A stretch of 64,000 nucleotides of DNA, from the IMG/VR virus record IMGVR_UViG_3300044472_000055, positions 1 to 64,000 of that record, one strand, 5' to 3'. This DNA comes from a virus. Positions 47,502 to 57,645 of this stretch are shown here, one piece after another (the first letter of the stretch is position 1; each line of letters begins with the position of its first letter). Below the pieces are notes generated by a model. It did no database searches and had not been told where the DNA came from. It worked only from the letters and a program-made list of their open reading frames with translations. The translations under genes were made by a program, and so were the position numbers.

Positions 47502-47544
47502 CGCGCTCGCGCAGCGCAAACGATAGATGGTAGGCTCAGCAGCA

Positions 47545-48036
47545 ATGCTGATCCCCGTCGTGCTTTCTGGTCCGCCCGCGCATCTCATGGGGTCGGCAGC
47601 TATCGAACAGCTGCAGACCGCACTGACGAGCCTCGCGAAGGTTCGTAATCGTCCCGCGATCAATCCCGGTGGTGTGACCGGCGAGCTGAACGATCAGACG
47701 ATGGTCGCGCTCAACGCTGCTCTCGGCATTCTCGCCGAAGAACTTCCGAGCTGGCTCTACCTCGCACTGCAGGGTGCATTCATCGCGGGCGGCACGTCCG
47801 ACACCGCGAAGAAGTACACCGCGCAATACGCGCCACAGCTCACGATTGCCATCAACACGGCAGTCACGAAGTACCGCATGAGTCATCCGACGGCGCCCGT
47901 TGTCGTCGCGGATCCTGTGGTCGCTGTGAGTCCATGGGACGGCTGGTACAAGAAGCCGTGGGGCATCGGTCTCATCGTCATCGGCGTGCTCGGAGTGGGT
48001 TACTTCATGTTCTCGCCCAAGAAGGCAGCTGCGTAA
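47545..48036 (+). CDS. PGBD-like protein with C-terminal TM
   Basis: IEQLQTAL...PGGVTGELNDQTMVAL; WYKKPW plus TM. Confidence 0.65.
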   Translation: MLIPVVLSGPPAHLMGSAAIEQLQTALTSLAKVRNRPAINPGGVTGELNDQTMVALNAALGILAEELPSWLYLALQGAFIAGGTSDTAKKYTAQYAPQLTIAINTAVTKYRMSHPTAPVVVADPVVAVSPWDGWYKKPWGIGLIVIGVLGVGYFMFSPKKAAA

Positions 48037-48045
48037 GCTCGTCCC

Positions 48046-48381
48046 ATGTTCTTCGGTGTCATCGAAGACGTTCAGGCGATCGTCCACAAGGCAGGTCCGT
48101 ACCTGAACACGATCGTCAAGGTCGTCAACGACCCGGCGCTTCCGCAGTTCATTGCGCGAGTCGAAGCGATCGACGCGCTCGATTCAGGCGGGAGTCCGAG
48201 TAGCTCGTCGACCGCAAATGCTGATCGCAGTGGCGTCGGGCTCAAGAATTTCTTGATGCCTCTCGACGCATACATCTACGTTCGAAAGAATCCGTGGGTG
48301 CCGTGGGCGCTCGGTGGCGCGTTTGTGCTCCTCGTCGGCGGAATCGGGTATGGCATCGGAAAACGAAGGGCCGTACGATAG
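48046..48381 (+). CDS. tail-anchored membrane protein
   Basis: NPWVPW, TM, KRR; TAAGCT-N6-ATG. Confidence 0.7.
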   Translation: MFFGVIEDVQAIVHKAGPYLNTIVKVVNDPALPQFIARVEAIDALDSGGSPSSSSTANADRSGVGLKNFLMPLDAYIYVRKNPWVPWALGGAFVLLVGGIGYGIGKRRAVR

Positions 48382-48385
48382 CCGC

Positions 48386-48685
48386 ATGCATACTGTCGGC
48401 GTCGCGCCTGGAACCATCACGATGCAGCTCGGGCAGTGCCCGGCCGACCCGCCGTGGCAGTACTTCACGCCGCCGTATCCAGGCTACGGCATGAAGCGGC
48501 CCGTTGCTGCGGCCGGTCCGACGGTCAAGCCGATCGAAACGACGTTCGAGCCCTACGGCACGGAGAGCAAGCTAATGGGGTTGCGCGCCGCCGATCCGCT
48601 GGCGACGCGCTGGGACATCGTCGCTATGGCAGCCGGCGGTACGCTGCTCGCGGCCGTCGTACTTGCAGCCATTGCTACGCGATGA
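48386..48685 (+). CDS. tail-anchored membrane protein
   Basis: TACGAT-N6-ATG; C-terminal TM. Confidence 0.65.
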   Translation: MHTVGVAPGTITMQLGQCPADPPWQYFTPPYPGYGMKRPVAAAGPTVKPIETTFEPYGTESKLMGLRAADPLATRWDIVAMAAGGTLLAAVVLAAIATR

Positions 48686-48903
48686 GCACGCCGCCCATTA
48701 CGGCGCTCCTGTGTGAGCGCTGCGGGCGAGACGGCAACGCGAACGCCGTGGCAAACGCCGAAGAGTACGCAAAGCAAGCATCGACACCGAAGCAGGCTGC
48801 GGAACGCTTCAGAGGCTACATTCGGCGGCATCCGTACCTGCAACGATGTGGTAAGTGCTCGACGGTGTACTGCACCCGAGAAGGCTGCACGTGCCGATGC
48901 TAG
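48682..48903 (+). CDS. small Zn-finger protein
   Basis: CERC...CGKC...C. Confidence 0.55.
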   Translation: MSTPPITALLCERCGRDGNANAVANAEEYAKQASTPKQAAERFRGYIRRHPYLQRCGKCSTVYCTREGCTCRC

Positions 48904-48945
48904 TGCTATGCATGGGCTGATTGAGGTCGTGGTAGCGTAGTGTCC

Positions 48946-49488
48946 ATGAGCCTCGGCATCATCCTCACGCCCTACGGCCAGATTCCTGGCGCGTACCCGT
49001 CGGCGATCAACTACAGCTACGGCGGCAACGGGCAGTATCTTTGCCCGCCCGATCCGCAGTTCAACACGCGTGGCGAGCAGGGGCTCTACTTCGACACGCA
49101 GCTCGGCAACGGTCAGAAGCTATCGTTCTGGCAGCGAATGAAGCTGCGCCGTCAGCTCGGACAGATCCCGACTGACGCCGAGTTGTCGACGGTGTATCAG
49201 TACACGCCTGTCGCTTCGGGATGGGTTGCCTCGAAGGAGGCCTACTACCCGAACCCGTGGCTGCCGCCGAATGGGTGGAATCAGGCCGGAGCATACGGCC
49301 CGCAGCCGCAGCTACGTGGTCTTGCCGAGGGCGAGGTCTCTGCTGATGCACACGATGTCATCGCGGCGCTTAATGCCCACAATGCACGCGTGTTCGCGCT
49401 GACGTTGGTGTCGACGGCAGCCGTCGCGATCTCGGCGACTCTTGGCGCGTACCGCACGCTCAAGCTACTGCGCGAACGCAAGAAGTAG
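48946..49488 (+). CDS. tail-anchored membrane protein
   Basis: TAGCGT-N7-ATG; C-terminal TM and basic end. Confidence 0.7.
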   Translation: MSLGIILTPYGQIPGAYPSAINYSYGGNGQYLCPPDPQFNTRGEQGLYFDTQLGNGQKLSFWQRMKLRRQLGQIPTDAELSTVYQYTPVASGWVASKEAYYPNPWLPPNGWNQAGAYGPQPQLRGLAEGEVSADAHDVIAALNAHNARVFALTLVSTAAVAISATLGAYRTLKLLRERKK

Positions 49489-49689
49489 TGTTCTCCGAGG
49501 ACGAATATCGAACAGACACTGAGCGCGTGATCGCATACGCGATCGCTACTGGTCGAGCAGTTGTCACGAGAGCCGATGGGACACCGAGAGTTGTTATCTT
49601 GATCCCGAAAGTAGAAATCCCCGCCCCGAGAGAATTCTCAGGACGGGGGATTGTCGACGAGTAATTCGGCGTGAACCCCGTCGACGAAA

Positions 49690-50430
49690 CTACGTCTTCT
49701 CGATGATGACCTCTTCGCCGCCTGCGTAGAGGATAGAGAACGGGCGCGAGAGATGCGCGGTCCGCACGCGGCCGTCGACGAGGATCTTGCCGCCTTCTTC
49801 CTTCACCTTGTGACAGAAGTATAGATCCTCGCTCAGCTCGTCGGTGAACTTGAAGTTCAGGTGGCCTGCCTTCTTGATGTTCACCGCGAAGATCGCTGTC
49901 GCGAGCGCGTCACACGATGTGAGCTTGCGTGGAAGCTCGCTCGGCGCCAATGCGACGAGCTTGCCTTCGGCAGGCGTAGCTTCGTGTTCGCCATATCCCG
50001 CATAGGCGATGCCTGCCGGTTTGGTTTCGTGCCAGTCGTAGACCATCAGCTCCGACGTCGGAGGCTTGAAACGATCGTGCCCGCTGTAGCGACGGATCAC
50101 GGGAGCACCGACGATCGTCGCTCCTTCTTTGTCGGCTTGCGAGATCATGCGCAGCAGTTGCACGCCCGCGTCCTCGTCACCGTTATTCACGGCCCACGTA
50201 TCGGCGTCGATCATCAGGAGCCAATCGGCGCCCGCATCGAGCGCTTCACGCAGTAGCCGATTGCGTGCCTTCTCGATGCCGCAATTGTCGATCATGAACC
50301 ATCCTGCAAGCTGGAAGCGTTCGTGACTCAGGGCCAGCGTGTGACCCAATTCGAGGAACATGAGAGTGTGTTCGGCAGAGACCTTGCCGCCGTACGCGGG
50401 CAGCCCGAAGGCGATTTTAAGGATGCTCAC
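49690..50430 (-). CDS. glycosyltransferase, GT2-like
   Basis: LPAYGG, ARNRL, WLLMIDAD, SEDLYFC, TAH; start moved to GTG 50430 after AAGGA. Confidence 0.85.
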   Translation of the reverse strand: MSILKIAFGLPAYGGKVSAEHTLMFLELGHTLALSHERFQLAGWFMIDNCGIEKARNRLLREALDAGADWLLMIDADTWAVNNGDEDAGVQLLRMISQADKEGATIVGAPVIRRYSGHDRFKPPTSELMVYDWHETKPAGIAYAGYGEHEATPAEGKLVALAPSELPRKLTSCDALATAIFAVNIKKAGHLNFKFTDELSEDLYFCHKVKEEGGKILVDGRVRTAHLSRPFSILYAGGEEVIIEKT

Positions 50431-50618
50431 AGGTGTCCTTGGTTGAGGGCCCAGACAGCAATCGTTGCCGTCAGAAGCGTCAGGAAGAGGCAGACAGCAA
50501 GGATCAGGCGCCAATACTCACCGTTGTCATCGATGTGATCACCGACGAGCACGAGGGCCATGAGAGTCAAAAAGCCGAGAAAGATGATCATTGGATTCAA
50601 CCTTGGTAGGCTCGATGC

Positions 50619-50918
50619 ATGGCCGAGGCCCGTCTCCCGACGTACAAGACTGCCGCAAGCGTTCTCGAACGAGACAAGGGCTCGGGCCTACGCCTCGCCG
50701 GATGGACGGTCGCACGCACGCTGCTGATCGCACCGCCAATGATGGTTGTCGGCGTTCCAGCGCGGCAGGCATTCATGGGTGCCGGCATTGCGTCGTTCTT
50801 CATCTCGATGCTCACGGTGCTTCGCGTGTTCGATGCGAGGTCTACGAACCTTGCCGGATTGAAGTACGGGAAGCGGCAGCACGCGCTCGCCGCTGGCCGA
50901 CGCCCCAAGCGACGATAA
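50619..50918 (+). CDS. small 2-TM membrane protein
   Basis: TAGGCT-N6-ATG; basic tail after LAGL. Confidence 0.65.
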   Translation: MAEARLPTYKTAASVLERDKGSGLRLAGWTVARTLLIAPPMMVVGVPARQAFMGAGIASFFISMLTVLRVFDARSTNLAGLKYGKRQHALAAGRRPKRR

Positions 50919-51234
50919 TCGGCAGCGCCGGCCATAGTGCGCCGAGAAGCGCCCCAGAACCCGCCGCGATCGCGAGATCGCGCCATGCAAACCCATGCAC
51001 GCCTTCGTCCACGTCGAGGTCTTGCTTGCCAGGCACTGCCAGCAGACAGCCTGTGATAACCATCGCTGCGAGCACGGCGCCGATGATGTAGACGTCGACA
51101 CCAAGGAACCACGCACTACCGAGCGATAGTGCGATGGAGAAGATGAGCTGCACGATGAACGTGATCACAGGCGCTCCTTGCAGACCGGATGCGTGTACTG
51201 CCAGTGCTTGGAGTCCGCCGGACGGTACTGCCAC
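50842..51234 (-). CDS. multi-TM hypothetical protein
   Basis: 3 hydrophobic segments; start uncertain. Confidence 0.5.
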   Translation of the reverse strand: MAVPSGGLQALAVHASGLQGAPVITFIVQLIFSIALSLGSAWFLGVDVYIIGAVLAAMVITGCLLAVPGKQDLDVDEGVHGFAWRDLAIAAGSGALLGALWPALPIIVAWGVGQRRARAAASRTSIRQGS

Positions 51235-51437
51235 CGTCCGATGCGCTCGTTAACCGAACGGATCACGATCCGACGCATTTTGCCGTCGCGTCCTCTGGTC
51301 GAACGACGCCGGCACTTACAGCGAAGACATTTCGCTGGACGTCCAGATCGGATCAACCCGTACTTGTGCGTACGGTAATACTTGAATCCGTCGTGTGCGT
51401 GGTCACCTTCGCGATCGCCCTCGTCGATATCACTCAC
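51165..51437 (-). CDS. basic hypothetical protein
   Basis: Overlaps the stop of the J-domain gene. Confidence 0.5.
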   Translation of the reverse strand: MSDIDEGDREGDHAHDGFKYYRTHKYGLIRSGRPAKCLRCKCRRRSTRGRDGKMRRIVIRSVNERIGRWQYRPADSKHWQYTHPVCKERL

Positions 51438-52110
51438 GGTTCTTCAGCTCCTGTTCAGCGGTTTCCATCGCCGCATTCAATTCACTCGCGCGAGCATCAC
51501 TGCCGCCGACATCTGGATGCGCTTCGGCGATCAAGATCCGATGACGAGCTTTCGCGACAGCGAGTAGCTCTGACGGTTCGAGGCCTTCCGGCCATGCACG
51601 CCCGCATGAAAGCACCGTGCGCCAATCGCTATGTGGCTGTTGCGGTACGATCTCTTGCCCACTACCGGGCGGGAGCGCAGCGAAGCCGGCAAACGCTTGC
51701 TCGACGGTAACCGCACCCCAGCGTTCCATGCCTCGCATCGCGTTGATCGACAGTGCGATCGCGTGGAGGTTGTCGGCAATGGAGTTGTACTTGTCGCAAG
51801 GAATGCAGTACGGCACGTGCATCCACCTGCCGCCGCGTTTCTCTTGTCGCGTCCAGTACACGGCGACGCCCGGATCTCCGTTGGGCGCTACGCCCTGCCG
51901 CGCGTAAGGGGCAGAGTTGTCGCCATTCAGTGCCAGGTTCGACGAGATGACGATCGTCTTGGCTCCTGCCAAACGCAGCTCGTTGCGAATGCGCTCGTAT
52001 TCGGTCACCACCGAAGGCTTATCGAATGCGCTGACACGCCGGTATCGTGTGCGAACGACGCCTTGTGGCCACGTCAGTGGGTGCGCGCTCTTGGGTACGA
52101 TGATCGACAC
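51430..52110 (-). CDS. phage J-domain (DnaJ-like) protein
   Basis: PLTWP, VISSN, DPGVAVYW, CDKY...DNLHAI, AFAGFAALP, HPDVGG. Confidence 0.85.
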   Translation of the reverse strand: MSIIVPKSAHPLTWPQGVVRTRYRRVSAFDKPSVVTEYERIRNELRLAGAKTIVISSNLALNGDNSAPYARQGVAPNGDPGVAVYWTRQEKRGGRWMHVPYCIPCDKYNSIADNLHAIALSINAMRGMERWGAVTVEQAFAGFAALPPGSGQEIVPQQPHSDWRTVLSCGRAWPEGLEPSELLAVAKARHRILIAEAHPDVGGSDARASELNAAMETAEQELKNRE

Positions 52111-52223
52111 GCAAGCGTTGTACGCGCTGGGGCTGACGATGCCGTCAACTGGCCGAAAAAATTCGAGGCCGTCATCCTGCGCACGATGACGGCCCCGACG
52201 GTGTTTCTCGTGATGTGGTGGCG

Positions 52224-54413
52224 CTAGTGTGTCACAGGCCGCTTGCCGTTGCGAGCGTTTCGCGCAGGCGGCGGCTGCATCTGAACGACCTTGCCGTCGT
52301 TTTCGTCGTTCTCCGGATCGGCGTCGTCGTTGTCGTCATCCTCGTCGTCGTCGTCGTCATCATCGTCGTCATCATCAGGCGACGTGTTACCGGGCTTGCT
52401 CTGTCCGACGGCCGGCTTGTCGATACCGATCGTCTTCAGCTTGGCGATGACTGCCGTAACGACATCATCACGGAAGGCCTGCGTCGCATCGGGAAGCAGG
52501 ACATCCATGAAGTCTGCGTAGCGCTGCTGGTTGAGCAAATCGACCATCGCCGGAATCGGCAGGTTCTGCTGCATGACGATCTGCATCGCGGTCACGACGC
52601 CCGTCGCAGCCGTATCGACATCGATGCCTTGTTCGATTGGCGGCTCCTGGCGCAGACCGATGAGGTATGCCGTCGTGCCTTCACGCAGCTGCATCACTTC
52701 GCCGAGGAGGGGGCCGAACCATTCGAAGTCGGTACGCCCGAAACGCTTGGGCGAAAGCGGATCGGAATTGTCGACTGCCGGTGTCTGTGCGGCTGCGTTG
52801 CGCTTCCGCCGACGTCCGACGGGCGGGCCTGCGAGCTGTGCTTCGACGCGTGGAGGGGGCGGTGCATGCGTCTGTGCCTGCGGGTTGCGCATGGCTGCCT
52901 CGACCTCCATCGCGCGCACCTGCTGCTTGGTCATCTCGACCTGAGCCTGTGCGGCGACGGTGGCCTTCGCCTGCTGCGCGCCAACGTAGCGTTCCGCGAG
53001 ATCCTTGATGCCGGTCATGCCGTCACGGATCAGCTCGGCCGCGCCGCCGCCCTGCGGCTGCAGCTGAAGCGCCTGCTCCATCACGCGCGTCTGCATGTCG
53101 AGCACACCCGTCATATGACGGCTCATGCGCTCGGTGACCTGATCGACGGAGCTTTGTGACTCCTTCGTCAGCATCAGCAGATCGGTGGGCTTCATCATGA
53201 GGCCTTGCATGCGCTCGGCCTGCAGTTGGTGCTGATGCGCCAGATCCTTCTGAGACTGCGTCGTCTGCGCGATGATCTCCTTCACGAGAGTGAAGGCCGG
53301 ATCAGGGCCACGAGTCTCCGACGCCTTCGCGAGCGCCCCAAGCTGCGCTTCGAGACGACGATCGAGCGCCTCCATCTGACGCTTCGTGTCTTCTTGCTGC
53401 GCCTTGATCATGTCCCGAAGCGCTTGGTCACGGCGCTCCGATTCACGCTCACGACGCTCCTGCTCGCGCTCGCGCTGCTCGCGTTCGAGACGTGCCTCGG
53501 TCTGGCGCTGCTGCTCACGCAGGGCTTCCAGCTCGGGGTTCTTGGCCGACTGCGAGGCCTGCGCCGTCTGCGCCGTCGCCATGTTGGCGATCATCTGACG
53601 CAGCTCGGTCATCTGATTCTCGAACGTCTTGATCTTCTCGTTCGAGGCCGAACGCTCGCGTTCGAGCTGAGCCTCGTACTCGCGGCGCATGGCAGCTTCA
53701 CGTGCAGCCTGCAGCTCGGCTTCGAGCTTGCGCTGACGTTCTTCCATCGCCTTCTTTTCGTCCTCGGCCTTCCGCCGCTCGTCTTCGGTACGACGACGCT
53801 CGGCCTCGGCCTGCCATGCCTGTGCAGACTGCTGCGCCTGCTGGGCCTGGCCGTAGCCGCCTCCGTATACATTCGCGCCACCGCCGTAATACGGCGGGTA
53901 GGCTCCACCGCCGAAGAAGGCCTGCGGGGAGGGCGCCGGCTGCGCGGCCGGTTGAGGAGGGAGGCCGGGCGGGAATCCGCCGGGGAACGCGGGCGTGGTC
54001 ATCTGGCGCACCTGAGGGGGGCTGGGGGTGGGGGTAGGGCGAGATTGGGATGCCGCCGCTTCAGCGAGCGGCGGAGGAGTCTTCTCGGGGTACTCGGTGG
54101 GATTCCAGAACGGCTCCCACTTCATCACGATCGCAGGCGTCGACGAATCGGTGACGGTGACCTCGTAGTAGCCACCACCCGCCCATTCGTTGACGAGCCA
54201 TTGTTCGAGCCCGCGCACGTCCTCTTGCGTGAGGCCTGTGCCGGGCGGGCGCCCATCATCCGAGGGCGGCATTGGAATCGGCGTGCGTGTCGATCCCTTC
54301 CGCTTCTCGATGCGGACGGTAAGGGGCTCCGTCATGGAACCCAGTTTGGCGTCGTCGAACGTGCGTGCACCTTGCGGGGAGGGTCGGCCGGCCATTGGCG
54401 ACATACTGATCAC
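52224..54413 (-). CDS. large coiled-coil protein with Pro/Gln-rich and acidic regions
   Basis: Long ORF with strong codon bias; extended E/R/Q heptads. Confidence 0.8.
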   Translation of the reverse strand: MISMSPMAGRPSPQGARTFDDAKLGSMTEPLTVRIEKRKGSTRTPIPMPPSDDGRPPGTGLTQEDVRGLEQWLVNEWAGGGYYEVTVTDSSTPAIVMKWEPFWNPTEYPEKTPPPLAEAAASQSRPTPTPSPPQVRQMTTPAFPGGFPPGLPPQPAAQPAPSPQAFFGGGAYPPYYGGGANVYGGGYGQAQQAQQSAQAWQAEAERRRTEDERRKAEDEKKAMEERQRKLEAELQAAREAAMRREYEAQLERERSASNEKIKTFENQMTELRQMIANMATAQTAQASQSAKNPELEALREQQRQTEARLEREQREREQERRERESERRDQALRDMIKAQQEDTKRQMEALDRRLEAQLGALAKASETRGPDPAFTLVKEIIAQTTQSQKDLAHQHQLQAERMQGLMMKPTDLLMLTKESQSSVDQVTERMSRHMTGVLDMQTRVMEQALQLQPQGGGAAELIRDGMTGIKDLAERYVGAQQAKATVAAQAQVEMTKQQVRAMEVEAAMRNPQAQTHAPPPPRVEAQLAGPPVGRRRKRNAAAQTPAVDNSDPLSPKRFGRTDFEWFGPLLGEVMQLREGTTAYLIGLRQEPPIEQGIDVDTAATGVVTAMQIVMQQNLPIPAMVDLLNQQRYADFMDVLLPDATQAFRDDVVTAVIAKLKTIGIDKPAVGQSKPGNTSPDDDDDDDDDDDEDDDNDDADPENDENDGKVVQMQPPPARNARNGKRPVTH

Positions 54414-54515
54414 TTATTGGATGGTCGGCAACAAATCCGTATACCAAGTCGCAACTCGTGGATAAGCGGGATCACTTTTCGCCGGATTATTTGACCGATC
54501 GGATTGTAGGGATTA

Positions 54516-55037
54516 GTGATCAACGACATGGGGAATCCACCAAACCACGACAACGACGACCCCGATAAGGTCGCGCTGTTCGATGGCCGCACCTTCGAGC
54601 GCACCCAAGGGTGCTGGAACTGCAAGCACTGGAGCGTCAAAGGTGCCGTCGATCGCTGGAGCGATCAGCGTCAGATGAACCTTCAGCGAGCGCTCACGAT
54701 CGCGCTCGAATCACCGCAGGGTGAAGACGACGAACGCGTCAAGAATATCAAGGGCATGGTCAACAAGCTCGACCACGAGATCGCGCGTGGATCGGCGGGA
54801 ACGTGCTCGGGAGGCGGCAAGACCGCTAACAACGACCCCGTCGGCGAGTACGTCGTCCACAACTTCCTTTGCGGGCAGTGGTCCGGCGCGTCCGGCGCAT
54901 CGATCGCACGTGGGGGTGCCAAAGCCGACAAGCTCCCCGAGGAGTTGCAGGAGCGGCTGGATGGTCCGAGGTCGACCAACAACACCAAGATGCCTCTCAT
55001 CCCCGGCGGCTCTCTCGTACGAAAGGGTGTGAGCTGA
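54516..55037 (+). CDS. 4-Cys metal-binding hypothetical protein
   Basis: CWNCKHW...GTC...CGQW. Confidence 0.7.
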   Translation: MINDMGNPPNHDNDDPDKVALFDGRTFERTQGCWNCKHWSVKGAVDRWSDQRQMNLQRALTIALESPQGEDDERVKNIKGMVNKLDHEIARGSAGTCSGGGKTANNDPVGEYVVHNFLCGQWSGASGASIARGGAKADKLPEELQERLDGPRSTNNTKMPLIPGGSLVRKGVS

Positions 55038-55288
55038 TGGCCACTACAGGCACCCCAACCACCGACGAACACCCTGACGGCCCACGCTGGTCGGCTACCC
55101 CAGAAACCGGTTGGCTCATCGAGCTGAACGATCCGAGCGGTAGTCCAGGCGCATTATGGTGGAAGCCCGGCTGCTGGACCGCCGACTCCACAATCGCCGT
55201 GCGTTTCTCGCGCAAGTGCGACGCTGAAGCAGTCATTCGCGGCATGGGCTTCAAGAAAGCCATCGCAACGGAGCACCAATGGGGGTGA
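55037..55288 (+). CDS. hypothetical phage protein
   Basis: GWLIE...WT.D...AVRFSRK.DAE...ATEHQW. Confidence 0.65.
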   Translation: MATTGTPTTDEHPDGPRWSATPETGWLIELNDPSGSPGALWWKPGCWTADSTIAVRFSRKCDAEAVIRGMGFKKAIATEHQWG

Positions 55289-55448
55289 GCGAACGTTTCA
55301 CGTGGAGCCACGTAAGCCCAAACTGCGACAACAACTGCGATTGCTACGAAAAAGCAGCAGCAGCTGCGAGAGCACGTGAAGCCCTCAAGCAGATGACGAA
55401 GAAAGATCGCGCCGCTCGTGATGTTCGTCGCCCCAGGAGCCCACGCCG

Positions 55449-55829
55449 ATGACAATTCTGCTGCTCTACCCCCTTCTCACGGCCGCGCTGTATTACCTCG
55501 GTAGTCGCGCGAAGATCACTTCGTGGTTATGGTCCAAGTATCCGCCTGCGTTGGCGTCTTTCATGGACTGTGCGGCCTGCACGGGTTTCTGGTACGGCTT
55601 CCTCGTCGAGTGTGTATACGGCGGGGCTGAGCCGATGTTCGCGCCCTACGCGTTGACCGAACCCTTCCGCGTCGGGTTGTCGGCGATCACCGTCGGCCTC
55701 TGCTCGTTAGTGCTGACACCAATCGTCGCAAACGTCATGCAGAACAGCCTGTTCATGCTCGGAACACCCTTACCCGAGACCCCTGGCGACACGACTGTCA
55801 GCCCCAGCGGTGATGGTACGAATCCATGA
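55449..55829 (+). CDS. DUF1360-like membrane protein
   Basis: TMs with MDCAACTGFW. Confidence 0.6.
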   Translation: MTILLLYPLLTAALYYLGSRAKITSWLWSKYPPALASFMDCAACTGFWYGFLVECVYGGAEPMFAPYALTEPFRVGLSAITVGLCSLVLTPIVANVMQNSLFMLGTPLPETPGDTTVSPSGDGTNP

Positions 55830-56260
55830 GCATCACAGGTGGCAGCATCACCCTCACGATCGACGATTACAACGGGCTGCAAAACGCGAAGAGCACGGCC
55901 GAGAACGAAGCTGCCAGCCTGAAGCGGCAGCTGATCGAGACGCGTCTCAATGCCGATCCTGCCGGGACCATTCGTGCTCTCACGGCAAGCCAGCGCCGCA
56001 TGCTGCACATCATTCGCTTCGCAGTCGGCAACCTGCCGCCCGAGAGCGTTCGCGGCTGGCCGACAGACGTACTCACGCAGGTGAGTGCAGACATCCTTCA
56101 GCTCGCAGACGCGACGACTGACGATGCCGCGTTTGCTGCTGAACTTCTCGTGTTCGTCGAGGACTGCAAGAAGGTCGATCGTTTTCGCGCCGCGCGCGAC
56201 GCAACCAAGCAGGTCGAAATCGTCGACATGCGTGCCGCTAAGCTGGAGAGTCCGACATGA
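55826..56260 (+). CDS. hypothetical helical protein
   Basis: Motif promoter upstream. Confidence 0.7.
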   Translation: MSITGGSITLTIDDYNGLQNAKSTAENEAASLKRQLIETRLNADPAGTIRALTASQRRMLHIIRFAVGNLPPESVRGWPTDVLTQVSADILQLADATTDDAAFAAELLVFVEDCKKVDRFRAARDATKQVEIVDMRAAKLESPT

Positions 56261-56499
56261 GCATGGTCGCCGGAGTCGAAACCATTCGTGGGTTCTGTCC
56301 GATTCGTTGGGTCGGACGCAAAGGCCTCAGCGTCAAAGCGATCACCTACTGCAACGACGAAGTGAACGTTGCCGACGGTGTTCTTCAGGTGCCAGCGACG
56401 CTGCTCAAAGAAGGCGTCACAGCGTCGGTGCGCGATCACGGCAAGCTGATCAGCTGTTGCCCGAAATGCAAACAAGGGCTGCCTGCAGCGATGACGTAG
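56257..56499 (+). CDS. small Cys protein
   Basis: ATGA coupling; CCPKC. Confidence 0.6.
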   Translation: MSMVAGVETIRGFCPIRWVGRKGLSVKAITYCNDEVNVADGVLQVPATLLKEGVTASVRDHGKLISCCPKCKQGLPAAMT

Positions 56500-56655
56500 C
56501 TGCGCAGAAAATTTGATCCGCAGAAACGCATCGTGGTACGACAACATCAAGATCGCGAGCTGACCCGACCGGCAGACGATCCTAGGCACCCTCCTCCTTG
56601 CCCCCAAGTCGTAGGAGGGTGCCCCACTACCTTTCAAATCGGGTAGCATCGTGGC

Positions 56656-56919
56656 GTGAGTTTCCCAAACGCAGGCCCACAGCTTCCCTCGCCGCAGCTT
56701 CCCGTCGGTCCGACGCCTGACGTGATGACGATGCCCCCTGCCGTCGCAAATCTCGGCTGCATGGGTTGCGGCCCAACGCTGCCGATGCTCGGTGAAGTCG
56801 TGAAACCGCCGATGCCGTTGTGGCTCAAGATCTTCGGCGTCATGCTCTTCTTCGGTGGCGTGTTCGGCCTCATGGCGATCACGAGCCGCAAGCAGCCTCG
56901 GTTCCCCACGCGCCCATGA
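56656..56919 (+). CDS. Pro-rich tail-anchored membrane protein
   Basis: TAGCAT-N6-GTG; PLWLK plus TM. Confidence 0.65.
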   Translation: MSFPNAGPQLPSPQLPVGPTPDVMTMPPAVANLGCMGCGPTLPMLGEVVKPPMPLWLKIFGVMLFFGGVFGLMAITSRKQPRFPTRP

Positions 56920-57359
56920 AGTACGGCGAATCCAAATTCTCCGTCGGTGTCGGAAGCCAAGCCTTCCGCGATAACTACGAACGCATGTTCGGCACCGATC
57001 CGACGACTGATCTAGAACGCAATCTCATCAGAGCTGGCGTACGCACGCGCACCGAGGAATTCGCGCTGTGGGCGACGTTCGCGCAGCGCGTGTCGCTGAC
57101 GTTTCCATTTCAGGTCGACGTGCTTGTTTCCGAGAGCGATCGCGATCGCGTGAAGATGGGCGTCCAGTTGCACGTTCTCGATCGCGACACACGCGAACCG
57201 ATTACGGTACTCACACAACGTCACTGCGCTGCGTGGACGAACGACGCCGATGCGATCGAGATGCTGCGTGACCTCTTGGAGATCGCGCTCAAGCACGAGA
57301 CGAATGAATCACTCCGTCTCGACGGCAAGCTCGTCAATGACGTACACAGCATGCGTTAG
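56916..57359 (+). CDS. hypothetical protein
   Basis: HETNESLR...DVH motif; ATGA coupling. Confidence 0.6.
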   Translation: MKYGESKFSVGVGSQAFRDNYERMFGTDPTTDLERNLIRAGVRTRTEEFALWATFAQRVSLTFPFQVDVLVSESDRDRVKMGVQLHVLDRDTREPITVLTQRHCAAWTNDADAIEMLRDLLEIALKHETNESLRLDGKLVNDVHSMR

Positions 57360-57643
57360 TTCGTCTGACGCCGGTTGGCTTCCGTCTCGTGGTGCGCATC
57401 GGCGATGATCGATTCGAGTGCACTACGAATCAGCTCGTCGGGTAGACCATCCTCGATGCACATCTGCACGCCAAGACCGAACGTCGCCTCAGAGAGTAAC
57501 GTGACGACGAAGTCGGCTGCGAGATCAGGTGGCACCGATGCCGGTACGCGTGCGAGTAGCTCGTCGATCAACTCTTTGTGAGCCGCTTTGAGGCGCGTCG
57601 TGATGATCGCTGAGAGCTTCGCGATTTCTTCGAGAGCTGCCAT
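57356..57643 (-). CDS. hypothetical protein
   Basis: Follows the AP2 gene. Confidence 0.55.
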   Translation of the reverse strand: MAALEEIAKLSAIITTRLKAAHKELIDELLARVPASVPPDLAADFVVTLLSEATFGLGVQMCIEDGLPDELIRSALESIIADAHHETEANRRQTN

Positions 57644-57645
57644 TT

